From: Candidatus Eiseniibacteriota bacterium
GTDB taxonomy: Bacteria > Eisenbacteria > RBG-16-71-46 > SZUA-252
Direction: 5' to 3'
DNA length: 37,727 nucleotides
NCBI GenBank assembly: GCA_031370645.1
Contig: JANMQV010000022.1
Span: 1 to 37,727, forward strand
Both the position numbers and the translations under genes were made by a program. The notes below the pieces were generated by a model. The model worked only from the letters and a program-made list of their open reading frames with translations. It did no database searches and was not told the DNA's origin. Shown here one piece after another: positions 1 to 8,937 of the stretch (its first letter is position 1; the number at the start of each line of letters is the position of its first letter).

Positions 1-752
1 CGGGCGTCGCGGATCTGCGGGAGATCCGACTTCTTCAACGATCGGAGGTAGTCGAGGAGCGCGCCCGCGGCGCCGAATCCACCACGGATAGCGCGGAGGC
101 CGAACGCATCGAGCCGGCGCACTTCGAATTTCTTCTCCAGCGTGGCGCGGCCCATCGCGGAATCGAACCGGGAGGCGGGAACGCGCGTGATGCAGGCGCC
201 CGGGAAGGCGCCGGCATCGGCCTCCTCGGGGAGCAGCACCTCGCGCGCGGGAAACTCCAGCGCCAAGCCGGCCAGTTCCCCGGGCTCGATGTCGCCGATC
301 CGGAACTCGCCGGTCGAGATCTCCGCGACCGCCACGCCCCAGCGCCCCTCCGAGTCCGCTTCCGGGAGAACCGCCGTGATGTAGTTACTCTCCGTCGCCT
401 CGAGCAATCCGAGCCGCGTCACCGTGCCCGGCGTGACGACCTCGATGACCTGCCGCTCCACGAGCCCCTTCGCCTGGTCCGCCGGCTCCATCTGCTCCGC
501 GATGGCGACGGAGTAGCCGTGGTGAACCAGTTTTCGAAGGTACCCTTCGATCGAGTGGTGCGGGACGCCGGCGAGAGGCGTGGGGTCGCGCTTCTTGTCG
601 CGCGACGTGAGGGCGATGCCGAGCACGCGGGAGGCGACGAGGGCGTCCTCGCCGAACGTCTCGTAGAAGTCGCCCATCCGGAAGAGGAGGAGGCTCCCCG
701 GGTGCTCGGCCTTGAGACGCCGGTACTGAACGAGCATCGGAGTCGTTTCCAA
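1..752 (-). CDS. mutS: DNA mismatch repair protein MutS, 5' part (runs off window start; absent from ORF track)
   Basis: Manual translation from TTG at 752 (SD GGAGGAG upstream): METTPMLVQYRRLKAEHPGSLLLFRMGDFYETFGEDA...LAGVPHH...VAIAEQ...VERQVIEVVTPGT, the MutS domain I motifs. Confidence 0.96.
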   Translation of the reverse strand, partial: METTPMLVQYRRLKAEHPGSLLLFRMGDFYETFGEDALVASRVLGIALTSRDKKRDPTPLAGVPHHSIEGYLRKLVHHGYSVAIAEQMEPADQAKGLVERQVIEVVTPGTVTRLGLLEATESNYITAVLPEADSEGRWGVAVAEISTGEFRIGDIEPGELAGLALEFPAREVLLPEEADAGAFPGACITRVPASRFDSAMGRATLEKKFEVRRLDAFGLRAIRGGFGAAGALLDYLRSLKKSDLPQIRDA

Positions 753-761
753 CGCTCCTCC

Positions 762-1943
762 TTAGTGCGGCACGACGGTGAAGGAGTAGCCGCGTTCGCG
801 GCGAAGCCGCTCGCCCAAGGCGCGTGCTTCGTCGCGCGAGGCGAAGGCGCCGGCGCGCACGCGGTAGATCGACGGTGTTTCGCTTCCCTGCTTCACGGCA
901 ACGTCGGCGACGTTCGCGAGTCTCAGATCGCGAGCCAGCGCATCGGCGAGATCGCGGCGCGAGAAAGCGCCGACCTGAAGGGCGTACCCGCCGCCGATCG
1001 GCAGTCCGCCCGCCACGGCGCCGCCCGGGCGAATGCCGCGATCCCGGACACGAGTCGCCTCGTAGGAGTCGGGAAAGCGCTGCGCCACCTGCCGGAAGAC
1101 GTTCGTCGCGTCGCTGGCGCGCCCGCTCTGCTCGAGCGCCATCCCCATCGCGTAGAGCGCCTGCGGCGCGTAGGCGCCCTGCGCGTGGCGATCCAAAAGC
1201 GCGCGGAGCGCCTCGATCGCGGCTTGCGGCTTACCCCCGCGGAGCGCCGCTTGCGCCGTGGCGAAGTAGTACGCCTCTTCCTCGGCGCTTCCCTTCAAAT
1301 CCCGTTCGCTCGAGGCGAAGAACTGGAGCGCTCCGCCCGCATCGCCACGCGCGATCTGCGAGAGGCCGCGGAGCACGAGCCCTTCCCGTCCGATTCGATC
1401 CTTCTCCACGCCCGGGGAAAAGATGGCGAGAAGCCGATCGGCTTCGACATAGTCGCCCTGGACGTAGTGAAGCCTCGCCAGCGAGAGCGTTGCCTCGCGG
1501 CGGTGGCGTCCGTGGGAGAACTCCTTCAAGTACGCGGTGAAGGCGTTGTCCTGCTTCGCCCCGTCCTCCGTGAGTGTGGCGCCGAGGAACGCGGCGGCGT
1601 CCGACTTCTCCCCGGGGAGACGCGTGCGATCGAGCCCCTCGAGAATCTGGCGCGCGTCCGCGGCGCGTCCCGCCGCCGCCGCCTCCTGCGCTCGCGCCAA
1701 GCGCGCTTCGCTGTCGTTCGCGCTTCGCCGCTGGCTCGACGCTCCCTTGGCGGCCGGATAGTCCTGTGGCGCCACCGCCTCTCCCTTGGAGGAGCGGGTG
1801 GCGCGAGGCTGAACGCGCAACGCGCGCCCCTCCTTCTTCGGCTCCGGCGTCGAGGCGGCGGTCCCCTCCGACGCGGCCGGCACAGACGCGGCCGGCGCGA
1901 GAAGCGATGCGATCAGGGCGACGAACAGAAACAGTCGGGTCAT
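762..1943 (-). CDS. Exported TPR-repeat protein with C-terminal SPOR (peptidoglycan-binding) domain
   Basis: Start re-called at ATG 1943 (MTRLFLFVALIASLLAPA, signal-like; ATGA overlap with lapB stop). TPR-like helices (YAPQALYAMGMALEQ...FRQVAQRFPDS). C-terminal YALQVGAFS...IYRVRAGAFASRDEA SPOR signature. Confidence 0.85.
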   Translation of the reverse strand: MTRLFLFVALIASLLAPAASVPAASEGTAASTPEPKKEGRALRVQPRATRSSKGEAVAPQDYPAAKGASSQRRSANDSEARLARAQEAAAAGRAADARQILEGLDRTRLPGEKSDAAAFLGATLTEDGAKQDNAFTAYLKEFSHGRHRREATLSLARLHYVQGDYVEADRLLAIFSPGVEKDRIGREGLVLRGLSQIARGDAGGALQFFASSERDLKGSAEEEAYYFATAQAALRGGKPQAAIEALRALLDRHAQGAYAPQALYAMGMALEQSGRASDATNVFRQVAQRFPDSYEATRVRDRGIRPGGAVAGGLPIGGGYALQVGAFSRRDLADALARDLRLANVADVAVKQGSETPSIYRVRAGAFASRDEARALGERLRRERGYSFTVVPH

Positions 1944-3085
1944 GCGGGGGGGAGGGGTATCCAGGCGAGGCATTGGGGGCACCGAGACCAGTACTCCTCG
2001 AAATGACGGCCGCAGCGGCCGCACGCGGAAACGGCCCCATCGGCAAGGCCGCGCAGCGCCGTCTCGACTTCGTCGAGGGCGAGCTGCAGGTCGCCGCGCT
2101 GCCGATGCACCTGAACCATCAGGAGCCTCGCCGGCGCGGAATCGGGAGCCAACTCGAGCGCGCCGCGCAACGTCCGCTCCGCTTCGTCGAGCGCCCCCCG
2201 TTTCATGTGAAGTCGCGCGAGAGCGAGCTTCACTCTCACGTCGTTCGGATTGTGGCTCAGGAGCTCCTCGTACGTCTGCTCCATTTCCGAAAATCGGCCT
2301 CGCTCGAACGCCGAGACCTCCAGGCGTTCGAGCACCAGATGGATCCGCTCGGGGTGCGCGGTCGCCAAGCCCCGCCAAAGCAGGATGGCGCGTTCGGCGT
2401 GCCCCGTCTCGTGGTAGATGTCTCCCAGGCGTATGAGGGCGACCGGCTGGTCGCGCTCCAGTTTCAGGGCCGACTTGAAGTGGCGCTTCGCCTCCTCCAT
2501 CGACCCGGCGCGTAACGCGATCTCCCCGATCGAAGCCCGGTAGCGGGCCAAGGCGCTCGCGTCGCGTCCGCCGTTTTGCCGGAGCATCTCGTCGCGGATT
2601 TCATACGCCCGTTCCCATTCTCCCGCGGACTCATAGGCTTTGAGTATCACGCGAAGCGAGTGGCCGCTCTTCCGTTCGCTTTGCCGAAGCAGGAGCGCCT
2701 CTTCGACGGCCTCCTTGGGACGCTTCAGCGCCACCAAGTCGAGAACGATCGCCTCCCGGATGAGGCGCGCCCGCGACGGGCCATGCCCCGCCCGCACGGT
2801 CAGTTCGCGGTGGATGCGGTAGGCCCGTTCGGCTTCGCCTTTCTCTCGAAGAAGATTCCCCAAGTGTATGTAAGCATCCACGTTGTCGCTGTCCTGCCGG
2901 ACCGCGTCCAGGAGCGCGCGGATCGCTTCGTCGCGGTCGCCGCTCAGGAGCGCCCCGAGCGCGCGCTCGTAAGGCGGATCGGGGATCGGCTTCGGTCCCG
3001 CCGCGTCGCGAGAGAGGATCCACGCGGCGTACCCGATCGCGCCCAAGAACCCCGCCGCGGCGAGGACCGCGAGGAGCGGCGGCAT
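1940..3085 (-). CDS. lapB: LapB/YciM-like lipopolysaccharide assembly TPR protein
   Basis: Start re-called at ATG 3085 (TGATG overlap with lapA stop). N-terminal TM helix, LGNLLREKGEAERAYRIH motif, TPRs, and C-terminal CGRCG...WSRCPQC rubredoxin-like motif. Confidence 0.85.
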   Translation of the reverse strand: MPPLLAVLAAAGFLGAIGYAAWILSRDAAGPKPIPDPPYERALGALLSGDRDEAIRALLDAVRQDSDNVDAYIHLGNLLREKGEAERAYRIHRELTVRAGHGPSRARLIREAIVLDLVALKRPKEAVEEALLLRQSERKSGHSLRVILKAYESAGEWERAYEIRDEMLRQNGGRDASALARYRASIGEIALRAGSMEEAKRHFKSALKLERDQPVALIRLGDIYHETGHAERAILLWRGLATAHPERIHLVLERLEVSAFERGRFSEMEQTYEELLSHNPNDVRVKLALARLHMKRGALDEAERTLRGALELAPDSAPARLLMVQVHRQRGDLQLALDEVETALRGLADGAVSACGRCGRHFEEYWSRCPQCLAWIPLPPA

Positions 3086-3411
3086 CAGCGGGGCTCTCGC
3101 TCCTCGGCCGGCGGGAAGCCCTCGATCGGGAGGTTCCGGAGTTGCCCCAACTCCTTCCGCAGATCGGCCGTCTCCCGCGCGGAGCGGGACCGGTCGGCAT
3201 GGAGCCGGATCACGTGAATCAGATTCGCGAGGAGCGTGGCGAGCATCCCCACCACGAACGCCCCGAACATGGCGCCGACCAGGTGTATCTCCTTGAAGAC
3301 GAGGCCCCCGGGAAGGGTAAGCAGGGGCACCGTCTGGTCCCAATTCAGATAGGAAAACCAGAAGACCAGGCAGAGCACGACGAGCCAAATGATGTTCCGC
3401 AGAAACCACAT
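3085..3411 (-). CDS. lapA: LapA-family (DUF1049) small membrane protein
   Basis: Start at ATG 3411 (MWFLRNIIW). Two TM segments, FSYLN motif, C-terminal coiled coil ending LRNLP. Directly upstream of the lapB-like gene. Confidence 0.8.
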   Translation of the reverse strand: MWFLRNIIWLVVLCLVFWFSYLNWDQTVPLLTLPGGLVFKEIHLVGAMFGAFVVGMLATLLANLIHVIRLHADRSRSARETADLRKELGQLRNLPIEGFPPAEEREPR

Positions 3412-3457
3412 GGGGACGATCCTCCCCGGCCGTTGGACCGTCGGCCGGCAGGGGGCG

Positions 3458-3486
3458 AGAATAGCCACCCCCGGAGGGTGGGTCAA
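3458..3486 (-). promoter_or_regulatory. Putative sigma-70 promoter for lapA-lapB-SPOR-mutS
   Basis: TTGACC-N17-TATTCT just downstream of the rpsA terminator. The spacer holds the dyad CCACCC-N5-GGGTGG. Confidence 0.65.
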
Positions 3487-3511
3487 CCGGCAGGGCCCGC
3501 TCCGGGGCGAT

Positions 3512-3550
3512 GAAAAAGAAACCCGAGGGGCCGGACGGCACCCCTCGGGC
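3512..3550 (-). terminator. Rho-independent terminator after rpsA
   Basis: Stem GCCCGAGGGG/CCCCTCGGGT followed by TTCTTTTTC on the minus strand. Confidence 0.9.
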
Positions 3551-3580
3551 GATGTTCCATCTCCGATGACCGAACCGCGA

Positions 3581-5443
3581 CTAGGCCGGAAGGTCCTCGC
3601 CCATGTCCGCCGCCGGAGCGTCGGACGGGGTTTCGGACGTGGTGTCCTCTTCCGCGGAGGGGTTCGGCTTGTACTTCTCGGCGTACGCGTCCTGCGTGCC
3701 GCGGTCCTGATCGGCGAGCCAGGCCCGCGCGCTCAGGATGATGCGGTGCGCCTGGGCGTCCACGCGCGTCACCTTCAGATCGAGTTCGTCGCCCGGCTTG
3801 AAGCTGTCGGACGGCTTCTTCAACCCTTCGATGCCGAGCTGCGAGAGCGGAATGAAGCCCTCGATGCCGTCTTCCAAATCGACGATCGCGCCGCGATCGA
3901 GGAGGCGGACCACCTTCCCCTTCACCAGCATATCGGGGAGGTAGCGCTCCGCGAGGGTCGGCCACGGGTCGTCGGATACCTGCTTGAGTCCGAGAGAGAT
4001 GCGGCGCGCGTCCTTGTCGATCGCCAGGACGACCACGTCGATCTTGTCCCCCTTCTTCAAGATTTCGCTCGGGTGGGAGACGCGGCGCGTCCACGACATG
4101 TCGCTGATGTGGACGAGACCGTCGATCCCTTCCTCGATTTCGACGAATGCGCCGAAGTTGGTCAGGTTGCGGACCTTCCCCTGGAGCTTCGTGCCGATCG
4201 GGAACCGGTTGTCGAGCGTGAGCCACGGATCGGGCTCGATTTGCTTGAGACCGAGGGAGATCTTTTCGTTCTCCTTGTCGATCTTGAGGATCATCGTTTC
4301 GACTTCGTCTCCGATGGCAACGACCTTGCTCGGATGGCGGACATGCCGCGTCCAGGACATCTCGGAGATGTGAATGAGCCCTTCAATCCCCTTCTCCAGC
4401 TCCACGAACGCGCCGTAGTCGGTGATGCTGACCACGCGTCCCTTCACGCGGGACGTGACTGTGTAGCGCTTGTCGACGTCTTCCCACGGGTAGGGCGTGA
4501 GCTGCTTCATGCCGAGGGAGATGCGCTCCTTCTCGGGATCGAACGAGAGAACCTTCACCTTGATCTTCTCGCCGATGGAGACCAGCTCGGAGGGATGGCT
4601 GACGCGGCCCCACGACATGTCGGTGATGTGGAGGAGTCCGTCGATGCCGCCCAAGTCCACGAAGGCGCCGAAGTCGGTGATGTTCTTGACCTGGCCCTCG
4701 CGAATTTGATCCTTCGCCAGCTCCTGGATGATCTCGCTCTTCTGCTTGGCGCGATGCTCTTCCAGAACCGACCGGCGCGACACCACGATGTTCCGGCGCC
4801 GCTTGTTCAGCTTGATGATCTTGAAGTCCATCGACTGGTTGATCAGGGCGTCCACGTTCTGGACCTGGCGAAGCGCGATCTGCGAGCCCGGAAGGAACGC
4901 TTCCACGCCGTAGAGATCGACGACCACTCCTCCCTTGATCTTCCGAACCAGGCGGCCCTCCACGAGCTCGCCCTTGTCGGCCGCGCTCTTCACGCGGTCC
5001 CAGACCTTCACGAAGTCGGCCCGCTGCTTCGAGAGGACGACCAAGCCGTCCTGGTTCTCGGTCTTCTCGAGGAAGACTTCGATCTCGTCGCCGACCTTCA
5101 CGCCTTCCAAGTCGGGGAACTCCTCGACCGGGATGACGCCTTCGGATTTGAATCCGACGTCTACCGTGACTTCTTTATCGTCGATCTTGAGGACGCGGCC
5201 TTTGACGATTTCGCCTTCCTCGAGATCCTGCAGCGACTGTTCGTACAGCTGCAGCCACTGGCCCATGGCGCTCGGTTCCTCGCCGGGCTCGAGCGTGGCG
5301 ACCGCCATGCCACTCTCGACATCCTCCTCATCCACATTTACGAAACGGGTGGTGGTGCGTCGCTTCCTGGGCTTCGCCTCGGAATCCGCATCGTCTCCCG
5401 CGTCGTCCCGAATGTCCGGTTCTTCGTCGTGCCTTCGAACCAT
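3581..5443 (-). CDS. rpsA: 30S ribosomal protein S1
   Basis: Six S1 repeats (DVGFKSEG, AFLPGSQI, VKNITDFGAFVDLGGIDGLLHITDMSW, etc.); SD AGGAGG. Confidence 0.99.
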   Translation of the reverse strand: MVRRHDEEPDIRDDAGDDADSEAKPRKRRTTTRFVNVDEEDVESGMAVATLEPGEEPSAMGQWLQLYEQSLQDLEEGEIVKGRVLKIDDKEVTVDVGFKSEGVIPVEEFPDLEGVKVGDEIEVFLEKTENQDGLVVLSKQRADFVKVWDRVKSAADKGELVEGRLVRKIKGGVVVDLYGVEAFLPGSQIALRQVQNVDALINQSMDFKIIKLNKRRRNIVVSRRSVLEEHRAKQKSEIIQELAKDQIREGQVKNITDFGAFVDLGGIDGLLHITDMSWGRVSHPSELVSIGEKIKVKVLSFDPEKERISLGMKQLTPYPWEDVDKRYTVTSRVKGRVVSITDYGAFVELEKGIEGLIHISEMSWTRHVRHPSKVVAIGDEVETMILKIDKENEKISLGLKQIEPDPWLTLDNRFPIGTKLQGKVRNLTNFGAFVEIEEGIDGLVHISDMSWTRRVSHPSEILKKGDKIDVVVLAIDKDARRISLGLKQVSDDPWPTLAERYLPDMLVKGKVVRLLDRGAIVDLEDGIEGFIPLSQLGIEGLKKPSDSFKPGDELDLKVTRVDAQAHRIILSARAWLADQDRGTQDAYAEKYKPNPSAEEDTTSETPSDAPAADMGEDLPA

Positions 5444-5505
5444 TCTTTTTGTTGCCTCCTGCTTCTATGAAATATGGCCCGCGGTGCGGACCGGTGCTGC
5501 CGTCG

Positions 5506-6363
5506 TCAAGCGGCGGTGGGAGCGGGCTCCATCTGCGTGAGCCGGTCCACGACCTCCGCGATCACCTCGTCCGGCGTGGAAGCGCCGGCCGAGACGCCCA
5601 CGCGCTGGATGCCGGCAAACCACTCCGGCGTCAGCTCCGCGGCGGATTCGATCATGAGCACGCGGGGATTCACCTTCCGGCAAACCTCCGCGAGCTGCGC
5701 CGTATTGGCGCTCTGACGGCCGCCGACGATCACCATCGCGTCGACTTCGGGGGCGAGCTCTACCGCCGTCTTCTGCATCGCCGTCGTGGCGCCGCAAAGC
5801 GTATTGAAGACCCGAACTTCCTTCCCCCGCTTCAGGAGCGCGCCCACGACCTCCTGCACGTGCATGATCGAGTGCGTCGTCTGAAACACCACGCCCATCC
5901 GGGGAATGAACTTGAGCGCCTCGGCCTCAGCGGTCGTGTTGAGAACGATCGCTTTCCCGGCCGTGTGCGCCACGATGCCGACCACTTCCGGGTGATGCTC
6001 GTCGCCGATGACGACGACCTTGTAGCCGTCGGCGATGAGCCGTCCCGCGTACTCCTGCGCTTTCGTCACGAAAGGACAGGTCGTGTCGACGACGCGTAGC
6101 CCCTTCTCCTCGGCGCCCTTCTTTACCTCGGGACCGACGCCATGAGACCGGATGACGATCGTCGCCCCGGCCGTGAGTTCCTCCAGCGAACCCGCGACGT
6201 GGAGTCCGCGGCGCTGGAACGCCGCGACAACCTGGGGATTGTGGATCAGCGGTCCGAGCGCCTGCACTTCCCCCGACGCCTGATCCAGCGTCTCGTTCGC
6301 CATCTTGATCGCGCGCTTCACGCCGAAGCAGAAGCCCGCGTTGTCGGCTACGACCACATCCAT
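5506..6363 (-). CDS. ispH: 4-hydroxy-3-methylbut-2-enyl diphosphate reductase
   Basis: Start re-called at ATG 6363. Motifs AGFCFGVKRA, LIHN, SHG, DTTCPFV, HPEV, QTT, NTLC, SANT, AGASTP. Confidence 0.97.
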   Translation of the reverse strand: MDVVVADNAGFCFGVKRAIKMANETLDQASGEVQALGPLIHNPQVVAAFQRRGLHVAGSLEELTAGATIVIRSHGVGPEVKKGAEEKGLRVVDTTCPFVTKAQEYAGRLIADGYKVVVIGDEHHPEVVGIVAHTAGKAIVLNTTAEAEALKFIPRMGVVFQTTHSIMHVQEVVGALLKRGKEVRVFNTLCGATTAMQKTAVELAPEVDAMVIVGGRQSANTAQLAEVCRKVNPRVLMIESAAELTPEWFAGIQRVGVSAGASTPDEVIAEVVDRLTQMEPAPTAA

Positions 6364-6400
6364 GGGATCGCTTGTCTCCTCGTACCAGGGATACCAGGGG

Positions 6401-7660
6401 TTACAACGCTCCGATCGCGTCCATGACGCGCCGGGCGAAGGCCCGTCCACCCTCCGCGGTCAGTTCCTCGCCCCTCGGAGGCATCATCGGCGCGCCAAAG
6501 GCGATCCGCACCAGTACTTGCCTCAGCATCGAGCGGCGAATCTGGCGTGAACCGGAGATCCGGGCGGGCACGATGGGCGACCGGGTCGCTGCCGCGAGCC
6601 GCGTAATTCCGGCTTTGGGCGGCAGAAAGTCGGGGCCCCTGCTCCGGGTCCCTTCGGGAAAGATCAGGACGGCCCCACCGTTTGTCAGGACGTCCTCGGC
6701 GCCGCGAAGCCCACCGCGGGCGCGCGCCCCCCTGTGAATCGGGATGGCATTATACCTGCTAATAAGCCCTCCGAGTAGGCGATTCTCGAACAGTTCCGCC
6801 TTCGCCACAAAGTGGATCACTCTCGGAACCGACGACCCCACCAGGGGGGGATCCCAGAAGGAGATGTGGTTGGAAGCCACGATCAGGGGCCCCGATCGAG
6901 GAAGGTGCTCCAACCCCTCGATTCTCGACCGAAGCCCGATCACCCCGAACCAGTGGGCGAAGTCGTGGCCGAAGCGGAAGACGGCGGTCATCTTCCCCGG
7001 CCCGGAGATCCCCAGGCGTGCCCAATGGGTCGCCAGATCGATCTGCTCTTCCAGCGTCATCGAGGTCGTATCGAACGGGATCGCGTCGGGAGCCGCCTTG
7101 AGGGGGCTCGCCTCGCGCTCCTCGTCCCGCCGGTCTCGATCGCGGAGCATCGCCTCGATCGCGCCCACGTCGGCCGCTTCCCCGCGCGCTTCCAATTCCG
7201 CATGGCGGCGCCTCGCTCTGGCTTCGACGCTCGCCGTGAGAAAGAGTTTCAGGTCGGCTTTCGGGAAGACCACCGTCCCGATGTCCCGCCCTTCCATCAC
7301 GAGGCCGGGCGGCAAGGCGAGGGAACGCTGCAGCTGCACCAGTCGCCGGCGGAGTTTCAGGTGAATGGCGACGCGGGAGGCCGCTTCGCCCGCCTCGGCG
7401 CTTCGGATGTGGGGCTCCACCAGCTCGCCGTCGGCGCGGAGTCCGTCCGACGCCGCTTCGAGCCTGACGCGGTCTAAGAGCGACAAAATCCCGCGTTCGT
7501 CGTCGAGCGCCACGCCCTTCGAGCGCGCAAGCCAGCCGACCGCCCGATACATCGCACCCGAATCGACGTGGCGAAGTCCGAGGCGCTCGGCCACGGCCCT
7601 CGCCGTGACGCTCTTCCCCGCGCCCGCGGGGCCATCGATCGCGAGAACGAACGGCTTCAC
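6401..7660 (-). CDS. cmk: Bifunctional cytidylate kinase / 1-acyl-sn-glycerol-3-phosphate acyltransferase (Cmk-PlsC fusion)
   Basis: N-terminal AIDGPAGAGKS, DSGAMYR, MEGRDIGTVVFP and RDRRD. In the same frame, C-terminal ASNHISFWD, AKAELF and IFPEGTRS. Confidence 0.93.
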   Translation of the reverse strand: MKPFVLAIDGPAGAGKSVTARAVAERLGLRHVDSGAMYRAVGWLARSKGVALDDERGILSLLDRVRLEAASDGLRADGELVEPHIRSAEAGEAASRVAIHLKLRRRLVQLQRSLALPPGLVMEGRDIGTVVFPKADLKLFLTASVEARARRRHAELEARGEAADVGAIEAMLRDRDRRDEEREASPLKAAPDAIPFDTTSMTLEEQIDLATHWARLGISGPGKMTAVFRFGHDFAHWFGVIGLRSRIEGLEHLPRSGPLIVASNHISFWDPPLVGSSVPRVIHFVAKAELFENRLLGGLISRYNAIPIHRGARARGGLRGAEDVLTNGGAVLIFPEGTRSRGPDFLPPKAGITRLAAATRSPIVPARISGSRQIRRSMLRQVLVRIAFGAPMMPPRGEELTAEGGRAFARRVMDAIGAL

Positions 7661-8937
7661 TTCGATAGTTTCCGAAGGCGCGGCAGAAAGCCGGGATCGG
7701 AGACGGCCGCGGCGGAGGCATCGTCGACCGTGATCCCTTCCGTCGCGCGAAGCCCCGCGACCAGGAACGCCATGGCAATTCGATGATCGCCCCGTGTCTC
7801 CACGGAGCCGCCGCGAAGTCGCCCGCTTCCGACGATGTTCCAGCCGTCTTCGTGCTCTTCGATCGTGCCCCCGATCGCCTGGAACGCGGCCGCGATCGCC
7901 GCGATTCGATCCGACTCCTTCACGCGGAGTTCCCGCGCGCCGCGCACGGAGGAAGTGCCGCGCGCGAACGCGGCGAGGATGGCGACAAGCGGAAGTTCAT
8001 CGATCAAGCCTGGAATCTCCGCCGCGGTGACTTCGAGCGGACGAAGCGCGCGGTGGCAAACCCTGACGTCGGCCACCGGTTCTTCCCCCGCCTTTCGCGC
8101 GTCGAGGAACGTCACCTCGGCACCGGCCCGCAGCAGGAGATCGAAGAAGGCGCGCCTCGTGGGGTTTACCCCGACGCCGCGAAGCAGGACGTCGGAGCCG
8201 GGCACGAGTGCCGCGGCGGTGGCAAGAAAGGCCGCGGCCGAGGGATCGCCCGGAATATCGATCTCGGCGCCGTGGAGCGGCGCGCCACCCGTGACGGAGA
8301 CAGCGAGTCCATCGCGACGAAGCGGAACGCCGAAGAGCGGAAGCATCCGCTCGGTGTGATCGCGCGTTTCGGCCGGCTCGTGGACCACGGTCGTCCCTTC
8401 CGCCTGAATCGCGGCGAAGAGGATCGCGCTCTTCACCTGCGCGCTCGGAACTCCCGTTTCGATTTCAGCGCCGCGAAGGCTCCGCCCGCGAACCACCACC
8501 GGCGGCAGGCGATCGCCGGCACGCGCGGACACGTCCGCGCCGAGCGCGCGAAGCGGAACGAGGATGCGCGCCACGGGGCGTCCCCGAAGCGACGCATCAC
8601 CGGTCAAGATCGAGAGGAAGGGTTGCGCGGAGAGAAGGCCGGTGGAGAGCCGGAGGGCCGTTCCGGAGTTCTTCGCGTCGAGCACGCGATCGGGCTCGCG
8701 AAAGGTGCCACCCCGGAGAACGAGTTCTCCCGTCTTCCCGCGGCGAACGACGGTACCGAGCGCGCGAGCCACGCCGATCGCGGCGGCGGCGTCGGCGCCG
8801 GGGTTCGCCCCGCGGATCACGGTCACGCCCGGCGCGAGCGCCCCGAGGAGAACCGCCCGTTGCGTGATCGACTTGTCGCCAGGGAGGGTGGCCTCGCCGC
8901 GAAGCGGCCGGCCGGGGCGGACGGTGGCGCGGCTCAC
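7657..8937 (-). CDS. aroA: 3-phosphoshikimate 1-carboxyvinyltransferase
   Basis: LPGDKSITQR, NSGT, SAQVKSA, RDHTERM, IDELP, ELRVKESDR, DHRIAM. Confidence 0.98.
   Translation of the reverse strand: MSRATVRPGRPLRGEATLPGDKSITQRAVLLGALAPGVTVIRGANPGADAAAAIGVARALGTVVRRGKTGELVLRGGTFREPDRVLDAKNSGTALRLSTGLLSAQPFLSILTGDASLRGRPVARILVPLRALGADVSARAGDRLPPVVVRGRSLRGAEIETGVPSAQVKSAILFAAIQAEGTTVVHEPAETRDHTERMLPLFGVPLRRDGLAVSVTGGAPLHGAEIDIPGDPSAAAFLATAAALVPGSDVLLRGVGVNPTRRAFFDLLLRAGAEVTFLDARKAGEEPVADVRVCHRALRPLEVTAAEIPGLIDELPLVAILAAFARGTSSVRGARELRVKESDRIAAIAAAFQAIGGTIEEHEDGWNIVGSGRLRGGSVETRGDHRIAMAFLVAGLRATEGITVDDASAAAVSDPGFLPRLRKLSK

Noticed and set aside
6383-6399. TACCAGGG direct repeat between cmk-plsC and ispH
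   Set aside because: Two 8-bp copies only; not an array and no functional clue.
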